Shown here: in pieces, positions 16,046-24,000 of the stretch
Layout of the letters: every line of letters starts with the position of its first letter
Numbering within the stretch: the first letter of the stretch is position 1
From: an uncultured Gammaproteobacteria bacterium
Lineage (GTDB): Bacteria > Pseudomonadota > Gammaproteobacteria > Chromatiales > Chromatiaceae
Direction: 5' to 3'
DNA length: 24,000 nt
NCBI GenBank assembly: GCA_963801985.1
Contig: CAWDGV010000002.1
Coordinates: 152,037 to 176,036 of the forward strand
The notes under the pieces: model-generated
Seen by the model: only the letters and a program-made list of their open reading frames with translations
The model's database searches: none
What the model was told of the DNA's origin: nothing
Program-made: the position numbers and the translations under genes

Positions 16046-16872
16046 ATTTTTATTACACCCTCAAAAACAAAAGTGGCTGACCCTGTCATCCAGACTGGCT
16101 GGCCCTGACCCTGCCATTGTATTTTTAATTTTCCACCCGGTAAGGATACTACGACTTCGTCATCAAGCCAGCCCCTGTTTTGTCCACAGACCACGGCGGC
16201 ACAGGCGCCGGTGCCACAGGCCAGGGTTTCACCCGTACCGCGTTCAAACACGCGCAGATTGATCTGCCGGCGGTTATTGATGTGCATGAAGCCAACATTG
16301 ACCCGCTGTGGAAACATCGGGTGGGATTCAAGCAGGGGACCCAGGGAATCAACAGCGGCCTGTTCAACATTGTCGGTCAGTAATACGGCGTGGGGGTTAC
16401 CCATGGAAACTGCCATGAACTCGACCTGCTGATTATCCAGTGTCAGCGAATAACTGTCTGAACGCTTGTCTGCCTGCAATGGAATCTGGCCTGGTTCAAA
16501 CACGGGTGTACCCATGTTTACCCGTACCTGGTCATTGCCTTCCAGGTAAAGGGTGATTCGGCCCTTGGCTGTTCCAACGTTTAAAACAGTATTCGGGCTA
16601 AGCCCTTTTTCGTGCACATAGCGCGCAAAACAACGAGCACCGTTACCACACTGTTCTACTTCAGAGCCGTCAGCATTGAAAATGCGGTAATAGAACTCGG
16701 TATCTTCACTTCGCGGCGGTTCAACCAATAATATCTGGTCGCAGCCAATACCAAAATGACGATCAGCCAGGAACTGTATTTGTGCGGTTGTAAGTTCAAG
16801 CGGCTGCCGGGTTGCATCGAAAACAATAAAGTCATTGCCCAAACCATGCATCTTGGTGAAGCTCAGCTTCAT
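16042..16872 (-). CDS. dapF: Diaminopimelate epimerase
   Basis: FTKMHGLGNDFIVFD...NADGSEVEQCGNGARCFA...ERGTGETLACGTGACAA carries both catalytic Cys motifs. Confidence 0.96.
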   Translation of the reverse strand: MKLSFTKMHGLGNDFIVFDATRQPLELTTAQIQFLADRHFGIGCDQILLVEPPRSEDTEFYYRIFNADGSEVEQCGNGARCFARYVHEKGLSPNTVLNVGTAKGRITLYLEGNDQVRVNMGTPVFEPGQIPLQADKRSDSYSLTLDNQQVEFMAVSMGNPHAVLLTDNVEQAAVDSLGPLLESHPMFPQRVNVGFMHINNRRQINLRVFERGTGETLACGTGACAAVVCGQNRGWLDDEVVVSLPGGKLKIQWQGQGQPVWMTGSATFVFEGVIKI

Positions 16873-18116
16873 GGCAATACCGATTCCCCGGCGAATAAAT
16901 CTGCAATGGATTCGCGCTGCCGGACAACATGCATTTGCTCACCATCAACCATGATTTCGGCTACACGTGGCCGCGTGTTGTAATTTGATGCCATGGTGAA
17001 ACCATAGGCACCGGATGAACGGATGGCGAGCAGGTCACCGGCCTTCAGGCTGAGCTGACGGTCCTTGCCGACAAAATCGCCGGTTTCGCAGATTGGGCCA
17101 ACCAGGTCGTAACGGGCAGGTTGCCCCTGGCTGTCTTGCTGTACCGGGATAATTTCCTGCCAGGCCTGGTATAACGATGGTCTTATCAGGTCGTTCATGG
17201 CCGCATCAATGACAGCAAAGTGGCGGTCCTCGGTGGGTTTCAGGTATTCGACGCGGGTGACCAGAATGCCGGCATTGGCGGCAATGGCGCGGCCCGGTTC
17301 AATCAGAATTTCATAGGGGGCATCAGCCAGGCGTGCATGGATTGCACGGGCATATTCAGCCGGTTCCGGTGGTGTTTCGTCCCGGTAGCGCACGCCCAAA
17401 CCGCCACCGAGGTCCAGGTGACGGATATTAATGCCCAGGGATTCCAGTCTCCTGACCAGTGCCAGTACACGGTCCAAAGCATCCAGAAAAGGCGCGAGTT
17501 CAGTCAGCTGCGAGCCAATATGGCAATCTACGCCGCAGACATCGATATTCGGCATGGCCTGTGCGCTTTGATATAGCGCAACGGCTTCATCGATGGCGAC
17601 GCCAAACTTGTTCTCTTTCAGGCCGGTGGAAATATAGGGATGGGTTTTGGCGTCTACATCAGGATTGACGCGCAGTGATACCGGCGCAATTTTTCCTATT
17701 TCAGCGGCAACCTGGTTAAGGCGTTCCAGTTCTGCAGCTGACTCAACATTGAAGCAGCGAATACCGGCTTCCAGGGCTCGACGCATTTCATGAGCCTGTT
17801 TGCCGACACCTGAAAATAACACTTTACCGGCATCACCTCCTGCCGCAAGCACGCGCTCCAGCTCACCAACCGAAACAATATCAAACCCCGAGCCCAGCCT
17901 GGCCAATACATTCAATACCGCAAGGTTGGAATTGGCTTTGACGGCAAAACACACCAGGTGTGGCTGTTGTGAAAAGGCGTTATTAAATGCGTGCCAGTGA
18001 CGTTCCAGGGTCGCGCGGGAGTAGATATAACAAGGTGTGCCATGTTGCTCGGCAATCTGACTGACCGGTACATCTTCAGCATAGAGTTGCTGATTCCGAT
18101 ATTGGAAATGGTCCAT
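16869..18116 (-). CDS. lysA: Diaminopimelate decarboxylase
   Basis: This is a 415-aa ORF. The sequence GTPCYIYS...CFAVKANSNLAVLNVLA..GSGFDIVS.GEL...HIGSQ...LDLGGGLGV...GPICETGD supports the call. Confidence 0.95.
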   Translation of the reverse strand: MDHFQYRNQQLYAEDVPVSQIAEQHGTPCYIYSRATLERHWHAFNNAFSQQPHLVCFAVKANSNLAVLNVLARLGSGFDIVSVGELERVLAAGGDAGKVLFSGVGKQAHEMRRALEAGIRCFNVESAAELERLNQVAAEIGKIAPVSLRVNPDVDAKTHPYISTGLKENKFGVAIDEAVALYQSAQAMPNIDVCGVDCHIGSQLTELAPFLDALDRVLALVRRLESLGINIRHLDLGGGLGVRYRDETPPEPAEYARAIHARLADAPYEILIEPGRAIAANAGILVTRVEYLKPTEDRHFAVIDAAMNDLIRPSLYQAWQEIIPVQQDSQGQPARYDLVGPICETGDFVGKDRQLSLKAGDLLAIRSSGAYGFTMASNYNTRPRVAEIMVDGEQMHVVRQRESIADLFAGESVLP

Positions 18117-18274
18117 CAGTTAGCTTCCGGGGTGATTTCAGCGGGCGGAACCGGGTTGCTGGCAGCTTCATCGGGCAATACCAGCGAACCTTTCTGACCA
18201 CAGGCGGACAGCATGCTGGACGTGCCAAGTATGATAACGATCAAAATGAACAGGTAGCGGGACCAGCAAAGCAT
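18116..18274 (-). CDS. lptM: Small lipoprotein of the LptM/YifL (LppL) family
   Basis: This ORF is not in the supplied track (52 aa). My translation is MLCWSRYLFILIVIILGTSSMLSACGQKGSLVLPDEAASNPVPPAEITPEAN. It has an LSAC lipobox followed by GQKGSLVLP, close to the conserved CG(L/Q)KGPLY(L/F)P. Its stop overlaps the lysA ATG (TGATG), and the position matches lppL-lysA in Pseudomonas. Confidence 0.75.
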   Translation of the reverse strand: MLCWSRYLFILIVIILGTSSMLSACGQKGSLVLPDEAASNPVPPAEITPEAN

Positions 18275-18349
18275 GAGGTTGTCCTCTTAAAAATATGTGC
18301 AACTAGGGGTCGGAGTTAAAACGGGTTGTAACAGTCATCGTATCGTATA

Positions 18350-19060
18350 ATGTGCAGCAGGCATAAACAACAGTACATCCACGTGATAAAAGGACAGGTG
18401 AGAAAATTGGTTGAAACCGAAAGCAGTATCATTATCGAGCCAGCAGAAGAGGTGGAAAAGGTTGTTATCTGGCTGCATGGCCTGGGTGCGGATGGTAGTG
18501 ATTTTGTACCGATAGTTGACGAACTGCAGTTTGCCGGAAAAGACGGGGTGCGTTTTATTTTTCCGCATGCCGAGGTACTGCCTGTCAGTATCAATGGCGG
18601 TATGGCGATGCGTGCCTGGTATGACATCCAGCAGGCTGACCTGACACGCCGGGTTGATGCCGTCGGTGTCATGCAATCGGTGGAACGTATTGCCAACCTG
18701 GTTGTTACGCAAACCACGGACAAAATCAGCCTGTCCGATATTGTCCTGGCCGGTTTTTCCCAGGGTGGAGTGATAGCCTTGCATACGGCCATGCAACTCA
18801 ACCTGCCGCTGGCCGGGATCATGGCATTGTCGACTTACATTCCGCTGCGTGAGTCGGTGGATTCACAACAAAAGCAGAAAGTTTTCCTGGCGCATGGTAT
18901 TGATGATGGGGTTGTGCCTTACGCGGAAGGCCTGTCGTCTTGGGACTGGCTGAAGCAGCAGGGCCACGAGGTCAGCTGGCATCATTACCCGATGATGCAT
19001 TCTGTCTGTGCCGAGGAAATTGCCGATATCAATGAATGGCTGGCTGACGTGCTGGCTTAG
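18350..19060 (+). CDS. Carboxylesterase / lysophospholipase-type alpha/beta hydrolase (Abhydrolase_2)
   Basis: VVIWLHGLGADGSDF...ILAGFSQGG (the GxSxG nucleophile)...HGIDDGVVP...MHSV supply Ser, Asp and His candidates. The start is uncertain: ATG 18350, GTG 18398 and TTG 18407 are all in frame. Confidence 0.85.
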   Translation: MCSRHKQQYIHVIKGQVRKLVETESSIIIEPAEEVEKVVIWLHGLGADGSDFVPIVDELQFAGKDGVRFIFPHAEVLPVSINGGMAMRAWYDIQQADLTRRVDAVGVMQSVERIANLVVTQTTDKISLSDIVLAGFSQGGVIALHTAMQLNLPLAGIMALSTYIPLRESVDSQQKQKVFLAHGIDDGVVPYAEGLSSWDWLKQQGHEVSWHHYPMMHSVCAEEIADINEWLADVLA

Positions 19061-19076
19061 AATGCGGCACGCATAA

Positions 19077-21908
19077 TCAGGCCTGGTATGCCAGTTGCTG
19101 CAGGGCAATATTGACCTGGTTTTCCAGGCGCTTCTTGAAATTCAACAGGTTGATTGTTGACCAGGCCCGGTCATCGTCGAGCCCGGTTGGTGCAATGGAA
19201 GTCAGGTAAACCGGGTAGGTTTCGGTATTTTTGCGCATGTTCAGAATGTATCCGGCAACGGCAACATAGATATCATTACGCAAAACTAGGTAATCAAATT
19301 CCTGTTCACCGCAAAGAATCGTATAACTTTGCAGGCTGTCGGGGCCATTGCCCGCGAGCAACTCCAGGTCAGTATAATTTTCAGTAACAGGAGTTTTCGG
19401 CAGATAGGCGTTTTCGATTTGCCATTGGTGCTTGTCTGTTTTGCTGATGCGGTAAAACTCGGGTGAAAACAGCATCGACTGTTTTGCCGTGTCAACCGAG
19501 AGTAATGCCCGGCGTTCAGCCAGGCTGTTAAAAAATCGCTGTTGCTGTACGAGAAGATGTTTTTCATCGGCGTTTTTAACGAATTGATGAAACAGGGCGC
19601 CATTTTCATCCAGGCAGTACAGCTGGGTTCCACCTGCCAACTGCCAGGAAAAAAGTTGTGGTATGTCCGGCCGGTTGGTTTTAAACACGGCGGGCAGAGG
19701 GTGATCCCTGAATGCCATTTCATCAATAACAACCGGGCTGAATTCTTCGCAGTATTGACCAAGCTGATCAAGCAGTTCTTGCTGGTCGTCAAACAGCAGG
19801 TAACTGAAATTTTCATTGTGATAATGGATATAGGCAAAGCGGTTTTCAATTTCCAGCACGTACTTGCTGTTCAGGCCTGGGCCGGCAACAAAAAAACAGT
19901 CCACCAGGTTTTTGCCAAGCTGCTCGATTCGCGCAGCAATGCTTTGCCTGCGGCCTGAGCCAAAGCCATAGACTTTAAGGTAATTTTTCAGACTGTGTTC
20001 CTGGGTGGTGTGCAGGAATCGGCAAATGCTGTCAAGCAGGCCTTCAGCGTCGCTGTAGGAAAAGACTTCGATCTCGCCCCAGGTGTTAATAGAAAGCTGG
20101 TCGATACGCTGTGCCAGGTTAATCTGTGAGCCGCTGAAGCTTAACGGGTCGGAGCGTTTTGAAGTCAGCTGCAGACCGACACGTGACAGTCTTTCCAGCG
20201 GATCAAAGCCGACGTTGATAAAATTCATGGTTAAAACCGACAGGGGTTTCTTTTCCAGCTCGGCCAGTTGCGGCTTGATGTCCAGGTGGGCGGGCAGGTT
20301 TTGCTGAATCAGGTCAAGCAACTGGCGTAACTCCGAAACACTAACCGGGCAGTTAAAAGGTCTAACGATGATCTGGATACTGCGATCAATAATGCCATTG
20401 CAATGACACCAGGCAACCAGTTCAACCAGGTTACTGGTGGTTTTCAGCGGTGCCTGGTATTCATCAATGACAGGATCGGAGCGATACAGTTGCCAGCGCA
20501 CCTGTTCATTTTTTTCCTCATATTTGAAGCACAGCCTGGCTTCATGCAGGTCCTTGGAAATGCCGGGATTGATCAGGTCGATTTTGCCGGGTCGGCGTTC
20601 CAGTGCAGCATACAATTTACGCCCCAGCAGGTTCAGTTCAAGTGGGTCAATACCGCCGGTTGCGGCATTACTGCGGGCAAAATTCATCAGTACCCGGTAA
20701 CTGTGTGTCAGTTCACGTACCAGGATATTGCGTTCTTTGAGAACCTGTTCGAGTTTCCACTTGTTGCGGGAATCCAGCAGTTCGATCTGTTCATCGCTCC
20801 ATTGCCATTCATCGACCAGTTGTTGCAGCTTTTGCTGTTTCCAAAGATCTGACGATCTGACCGGCCGGGACAGCGGCAGATTCACCTTGAAGTAAAAACA
20901 GCGTCTTGCCAGGTCCAGCCGGTCATACTCCTGGCGCACTGACAGGTAGCTTTCGACCTGTCGGTAAATCAGCACGTAGGGATCAATGTCGATGACATCA
21001 TCATCGCCCTGGAAAATGGCTTTTTTGGTAATCAGGCTGAGCCAGGAAATATTGGGAAAATCGGAGGCATAAGACTCCATCAGCAGGATCTTCAAAATGG
21101 CTTTATAGGGTGACTCGATGCCCTTGTACAATTGCCAGTGGGCTGCACCAAAAAATTCATCAGGTGGAACATTTTCCATGCCGCCGAAATCAAGCCAGTC
21201 AAAGGGGTCAATGAAGCGCTTGTCGATCAACTCCTGGGTATATTGCTGGTAATTGTCTTCGTGTTCGGCCGGGACAATCCACCATAATGGCGGCCTGCCT
21301 GCGACCAGGATGCCGGTGCGGTAAAATTCTTCCAGCAACAGGTGATGCTGGGCGCTGCCGCTGCTTTCGCTCGATATGGTCAGTTTTTGTCCGGCCTTGA
21401 AAGCCACGGGGTCCATCAGGAAAAAGTGTACCTCGAGGCCATACTCCATACCGAACTGCTCGATTAATTCGACTTTTCTCTGTAGCAGTCTGAGCTGTTG
21501 CGGGTTTAGATCATGTGAATGACATAGCCAGAAATCAAGATCGGAGTCCGGGGTTTGTCCGATAGAGCCGATACTGCCCATCAGATAAAGGCCCTGGATA
21601 GGAATAGTGCGTAAAGCGCGGCGTTTGTATTCGAAGCTGCGGCCGAATTTTTTGGCAATCAGCAGGGATTTTCGGTCAGGGTGGTAATCAAACAGGCCTG
21701 CAGGTACATCGTTGCTGATAAAGCCAGGTAATGTCGGGTGATTGATATGCAGCAGCAGGGGCAGCAGGGTAAGAAAATCTTTCTGTATCTGGATCAGGTC
21801 GATTTCCAGGCGTTTCAAGCGTTGCTTGTGCAGCGCATTAAAACGCCGTGTGATTTTCTTGAGTTCTTTGCGGCCGAATCCCTGTTCAAGATCGATTTTA
21901 TCTGTCAT
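19077..21908 (-). CDS. cyaA: Class I adenylate cyclase
   Basis: This is a 943-aa ORF. The N-terminal region RRFNALHKQRLKR...LLPLLLHINHPTLPGF...GLYLMGSIGSIGQTPDSDLDFWLCH...HFFLMD...LLLEEFYRTGILVAGR.PLWW is characteristic of the enterobacterial/Pseudomonas CyaA catalytic domain. A long regulatory C-terminus follows. Confidence 0.92.
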   Translation of the reverse strand: MTDKIDLEQGFGRKELKKITRRFNALHKQRLKRLEIDLIQIQKDFLTLLPLLLHINHPTLPGFISNDVPAGLFDYHPDRKSLLIAKKFGRSFEYKRRALRTIPIQGLYLMGSIGSIGQTPDSDLDFWLCHSHDLNPQQLRLLQRKVELIEQFGMEYGLEVHFFLMDPVAFKAGQKLTISSESSGSAQHHLLLEEFYRTGILVAGRPPLWWIVPAEHEDNYQQYTQELIDKRFIDPFDWLDFGGMENVPPDEFFGAAHWQLYKGIESPYKAILKILLMESYASDFPNISWLSLITKKAIFQGDDDVIDIDPYVLIYRQVESYLSVRQEYDRLDLARRCFYFKVNLPLSRPVRSSDLWKQQKLQQLVDEWQWSDEQIELLDSRNKWKLEQVLKERNILVRELTHSYRVLMNFARSNAATGGIDPLELNLLGRKLYAALERRPGKIDLINPGISKDLHEARLCFKYEEKNEQVRWQLYRSDPVIDEYQAPLKTTSNLVELVAWCHCNGIIDRSIQIIVRPFNCPVSVSELRQLLDLIQQNLPAHLDIKPQLAELEKKPLSVLTMNFINVGFDPLERLSRVGLQLTSKRSDPLSFSGSQINLAQRIDQLSINTWGEIEVFSYSDAEGLLDSICRFLHTTQEHSLKNYLKVYGFGSGRRQSIAARIEQLGKNLVDCFFVAGPGLNSKYVLEIENRFAYIHYHNENFSYLLFDDQQELLDQLGQYCEEFSPVVIDEMAFRDHPLPAVFKTNRPDIPQLFSWQLAGGTQLYCLDENGALFHQFVKNADEKHLLVQQQRFFNSLAERRALLSVDTAKQSMLFSPEFYRISKTDKHQWQIENAYLPKTPVTENYTDLELLAGNGPDSLQSYTILCGEQEFDYLVLRNDIYVAVAGYILNMRKNTETYPVYLTSIAPTGLDDDRAWSTINLLNFKKRLENQVNIALQQLAYQA

Positions 21909-21961
21909 GAGGGTATTCCAGGCTCAAATCATGCCAGCGAGACCGAGCTGTGCACCGCCTA

Positions 21962-22777
21962 TTATCCAAGCGCCTGCGAGGCACGTTCAACCAGCAGTTT
22001 TGGGTCATTGCCTTTTTCCCACTCGGCAAGACCAAAACGCAGTTCAATGGCTGCCGTTTGCTCATCCGGCAAATCAATCTTGTTCTTTTCATTGACGATA
22101 TCATTGAACAGGCGGGTGGCTTCTTCCTGGCCGGTTTCCGGCAGGACGATAATAAAGCGCCCACCATTACAGCGTGCAATGAAATCCGCCCAGCGAAGTC
22201 TTTCCCGCAGGAAGTGACTCAGAGCGATGATGGCGTCGTTGTAATGTTCATCCAGAATATGCGAACTCTGGTTGTTAACCTCGATTGATAAAAGTACCAG
22301 CGTCAGCGGGTTATTGTACCGGCGGCTGCGTGTAACCTGGGCAGCAAGGTGCTGCGACAAAGAACGTTCATTGGCCAGGCCGGTCAGTTCATCGGTCAGG
22401 GTCAGGTTTTCCACCTGCTTTTTGAGCTGCAGGTTTTCCTCCAGCAGGATGTTGTCCGAATTCATTTCCTGGAAGTAATGCATTTGCATTACCGGCTCAT
22501 CAGGCTGACTGACCGTTTTGACGGTTCGTTGTAACCATAATTCGCCACGTTCCGGGTGGATCAGTTGAACCGGGTTTGTGGTGCCGAAGAGTTCTTTAAG
22601 GTTCGGTGATGGGGGGTTATCCGTTGATGCCCCTAGAATTTTTTCAGCATCGATTGCACACAGATCTTCAAAAGCCGGATTTATCCAGTTGACCAGGCCG
22701 CTTTCATCGGTGGCCATCATTGGAAAAGGGGTTTGAGTGATCCAGTTCTTGTTACAGTTGTCGTTACTCATGTCCAT
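21962..22777 (-). CDS. PAS-like sensor fused to a degenerate GGDEF domain (NGGRF in place of GGDEF, RxxD I-site retained)
   Basis: This is a 271-aa ORF. The DELTGLANER and RSRRY motifs of GGDEF domains are present. The A-site reads N204-G-G-R-F208 (22154-22168). The usual DxDxFK metal-binding segment reads LSIEVNNQ. RWAD (R195-D198, 22184-22195) sits exactly six residues before the first A-site residue, matching the PleD RAID-x5-GGEEF geometry. Confidence 0.8.
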   Translation of the reverse strand: MDMSNDNCNKNWITQTPFPMMATDESGLVNWINPAFEDLCAIDAEKILGASTDNPPSPNLKELFGTTNPVQLIHPERGELWLQRTVKTVSQPDEPVMQMHYFQEMNSDNILLEENLQLKKQVENLTLTDELTGLANERSLSQHLAAQVTRSRRYNNPLTLVLLSIEVNNQSSHILDEHYNDAIIALSHFLRERLRWADFIARCNGGRFIIVLPETGQEEATRLFNDIVNEKNKIDLPDEQTAAIELRFGLAEWEKGNDPKLLVERASQALG

Positions 22778-22957
22778 ATTGTCGTGTCTAGATTTTGGTT
22801 AGAAGTTTTTTAAACGCATATAAATGTTCCATTTCTTAATGCAGCGGCAAAACGGGGAAAATCTTGAGCAGTTTATTTAGAAAAAACTTTAACCCATTTG
22901 TGCTGCACCGGGTATGACTGGCACCGCACTGAATTTGTCGAAGAGGGGGAGTCAGTT

Positions 22958-22966
22958 GGGGGGGGG
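22958..22966. repeat. G9 homopolymer (C9 on the minus strand)
   Basis: Counted directly as nine consecutive G. The tract starts 2 nt past the stop of the MazG-like gene and about 180 nt upstream of the GGDEF gene start. A G5 run lies 8 nt to its left (22945-22949). Confidence 0.95.
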
Positions 22967-22968
22967 CT

Positions 22969-23328
22969 TCAGTCGGAGTATTCACTGCCACGGCGGGCAT
23001 CGCCTTTTACTTTTTCAACCGGAAAACGCTTTTCGTTGATGGCCATTTTTTCGTGGACGGCGTTAACCAGGTTGATATCCAGGCGTTCGGACAGGCGCAG
23101 CAGGTAGATCAGGATGTCGGCCATTTCATGGGCAACTTCCTGCTTCTTGTCATCGCTGATATGCCGGCTTTGCTGTTCGGTCAGCCACTGAAAGTGTTCC
23201 AGCAATTCACCGCATTCTCCGCTTAAAGCCATCGCCAGGTTTTTCGGGCTATGGAACTGCTCCCAGTCACGCTTAACGGCAAAGTCTTTTAGTTTAGAGG
23301 TTAAATCAGTAAGTGAGTCTTTACTCAT
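22969..23328 (-). CDS. MazG-type nucleotide pyrophosphohydrolase (small, single-domain)
   Basis: [29 protein letters not shown]...[24 protein letters not shown] shows the EExxE/D-type MazG helices. I chose the ATG at 23328 (MSKDSLTDL...). The ORF-track start at 23421 would overlap argH by 101 nt. Confidence 0.8.
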   Translation of the reverse strand: MSKDSLTDLTSKLKDFAVKRDWEQFHSPKNLAMALSGECGELLEHFQWLTEQQSRHISDDKKQEVAHEMADILIYLLRLSERLDINLVNAVHEKMAINEKRFPVEKVKGDARRGSEYSD

Positions 23329-24000
23329 AAGGTTCTTCGTTATCAAAATCCTGTTTTGCCCTGGCAATTGCTGCGCGTACCTGCGCAGGTGCTGTACCAC
23401 CAATGTGATCACGTGCAGCAACCGAGCCTTCGAGCGTCAACACCTCGAATACGTCATCTTCAATGAGGTCAGAAAACTGGCGTAACTGCTCAAGTGACAT
23501 GTCGGCAAGATCACATTGCTGTTCAACACAGAAAGCGACAGACTTGCCGACCACCTCGTGTGCATCACGAAAAGGAATACCTTTTCTTACCAGGTAATCA
23601 GCCAGGTCGGTTGCGGTGGCAAACCCTTTCAGGGTTGCTGCGCGCATTTGTTCCCGGTTGCAGCCAATTGCCGGAATCATGTCAGCAAAGACCTTTAATG
23701 AACCTTTGAGTGTGTCAACCGTATCAAACAGGGGTTCCTTGTCTTCCTGGTTATCCTTGTTATAGGCCAGCGGCTGGCTTTTCATCAAGGTCAGCAGGCT
23801 CATCAGGTGACCGAAAACCCGGGCCGATTTACCACGGATCAGTTCCGGTACATCCGGATTCTTCTTTTGCGGCATGATTGAAGAACCGGTACAGAAGCTA
23901 TCGCTTAAGTTAATGAAATGGAATTGCGCCGAAGACCAGATAATCAGTTCCTCGGACATGCGCGACAGGTGCATCATTAATATGCTTGCTGCCGAGGAAA
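23321..24000 (-). CDS. argH: Argininosuccinate lyase, C-terminal part. The gene continues beyond the window end.
   Basis: [44 protein letters not shown]...[18 protein letters not shown] is the fumarate-lyase/ArgH signature. The frame stays open upstream of the first Met, through to position 24000. Confidence 0.95.
   Translation of the reverse strand, partial: SSAASILMMHLSRMSEELIIWSSAQFHFINLSDSFCTGSSIMPQKKNPDVPELIRGKSARVFGHLMSLLTLMKSQPLAYNKDNQEDKEPLFDTVDTLKGSLKVFADMIPAIGCNREQMRAATLKGFATATDLADYLVRKGIPFRDAHEVVGKSVAFCVEQQCDLADMSLEQLRQFSDLIEDDVFEVLTLEGSVAARDHIGGTAPAQVRAAIARAKQDFDNEEPYE

Noticed and set aside
18316-18822. ORFs of 168 aa and 153 aa on the minus strand, opposite the carboxylesterase gene.
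   Set aside because: Both are antisense to an ORF with clear alpha/beta-hydrolase motifs. Their translations look non-protein-like and no ribosome-binding context is evident.
19061-19076. A small hairpin, ATGCG-gca-CGCAT, between the convergent esterase and cyaA genes, considered as a bidirectional terminator.
   Set aside because: The stem is only 5 bp, the loop is 3 nt, and there is no flanking T- or A-tract. It is too weak to call.
19286-20852. Alternative-frame and antisense ORFs inside cyaA (187 aa on minus 19286-19849, 138 aa on plus 19542-19958, 149 aa on plus 20403-20852).
   Set aside because: They are embedded in a 943-aa ORF with clear class I adenylate cyclase similarity along its length, and have no motifs of their own.
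21738-22217. A 159-aa plus-strand ORF spanning the cyaA start and the GGDEF gene end.
   Set aside because: It is antisense to two well-supported genes, and its translation is basic, Ser-rich and low in complexity. It is most simply explained by chance.
22943-22966. G-quadruplex formation by the G5 and G9 runs.
   Set aside because: There are only two G-runs. Four tracts would need awkward splitting of G9 and no real loops, so I report it only as a homopolymer.
23329-23421. An upstream ATG extension of the MazG-like ORF.
   Set aside because: It would overlap argH by 101 nt in another frame. The MazG fold is complete from the ATG at 23328.

Overview
This window reads as a syntenic, housekeeping stretch of a gammaproteobacterial chromosome. 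Gene order resembles Pseudomonas and its relatives. About 29 protein genes are tightly packed, with no tRNA, rRNA, IS element, phage integrase or CRISPR array visible. From left to right the genes are as follows. On the minus strand: gpsA (5' part), secB, a YibN-type membrane rhodanese, and a YgaV/BigR/SqrR-like ArsR regulator. On the plus strand: gpmI, envC, ctpA, yibQ, a DJ-1/YajL-like gene, and an uncharacterised 434-aa membrane-anchored protein. On the minus strand: ubiB, ubiJ, ubiE, a DUF971 gene, hslU, hslV, xerC, a DUF484 (yigA) gene, dapF, lysA and lptM. On the plus strand: a carboxylesterase. On the minus strand: a class I adenylate cyclase cyaA, a PAS plus degenerate-GGDEF protein, a small MazG-type pyrophosphohydrolase, and argH (3' part). 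I do not see a convincing novel multi-gene system such as a defence island, a mobile element or a toxin module, and I say so plainly. Six points deserve a second look. (1) xerC is broken by one extra base in a 3-nt homopolymer. (2) The two-Cys ArsR regulator and the rhodanese look like a persulfide-sensing module, with a perfect 7-1-7 palindrome in the promoter region. (3) A catalytically degenerate GGDEF protein (NGGRF) keeps an RxxD I-site and sits 53 nt upstream of cyaA on the same strand, which suggests c-di-GMP/cAMP cross-talk. (4) A G9 homopolymer lies in the GGDEF upstream region. (5) The orphan 434-aa protein contains a very Met-rich block. (6) A repeat- and hairpin-rich 116-bp element lies upstream of ubiE. 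All functional calls come from reading the translated ORFs against remembered family motifs and synteny. No database search was run.
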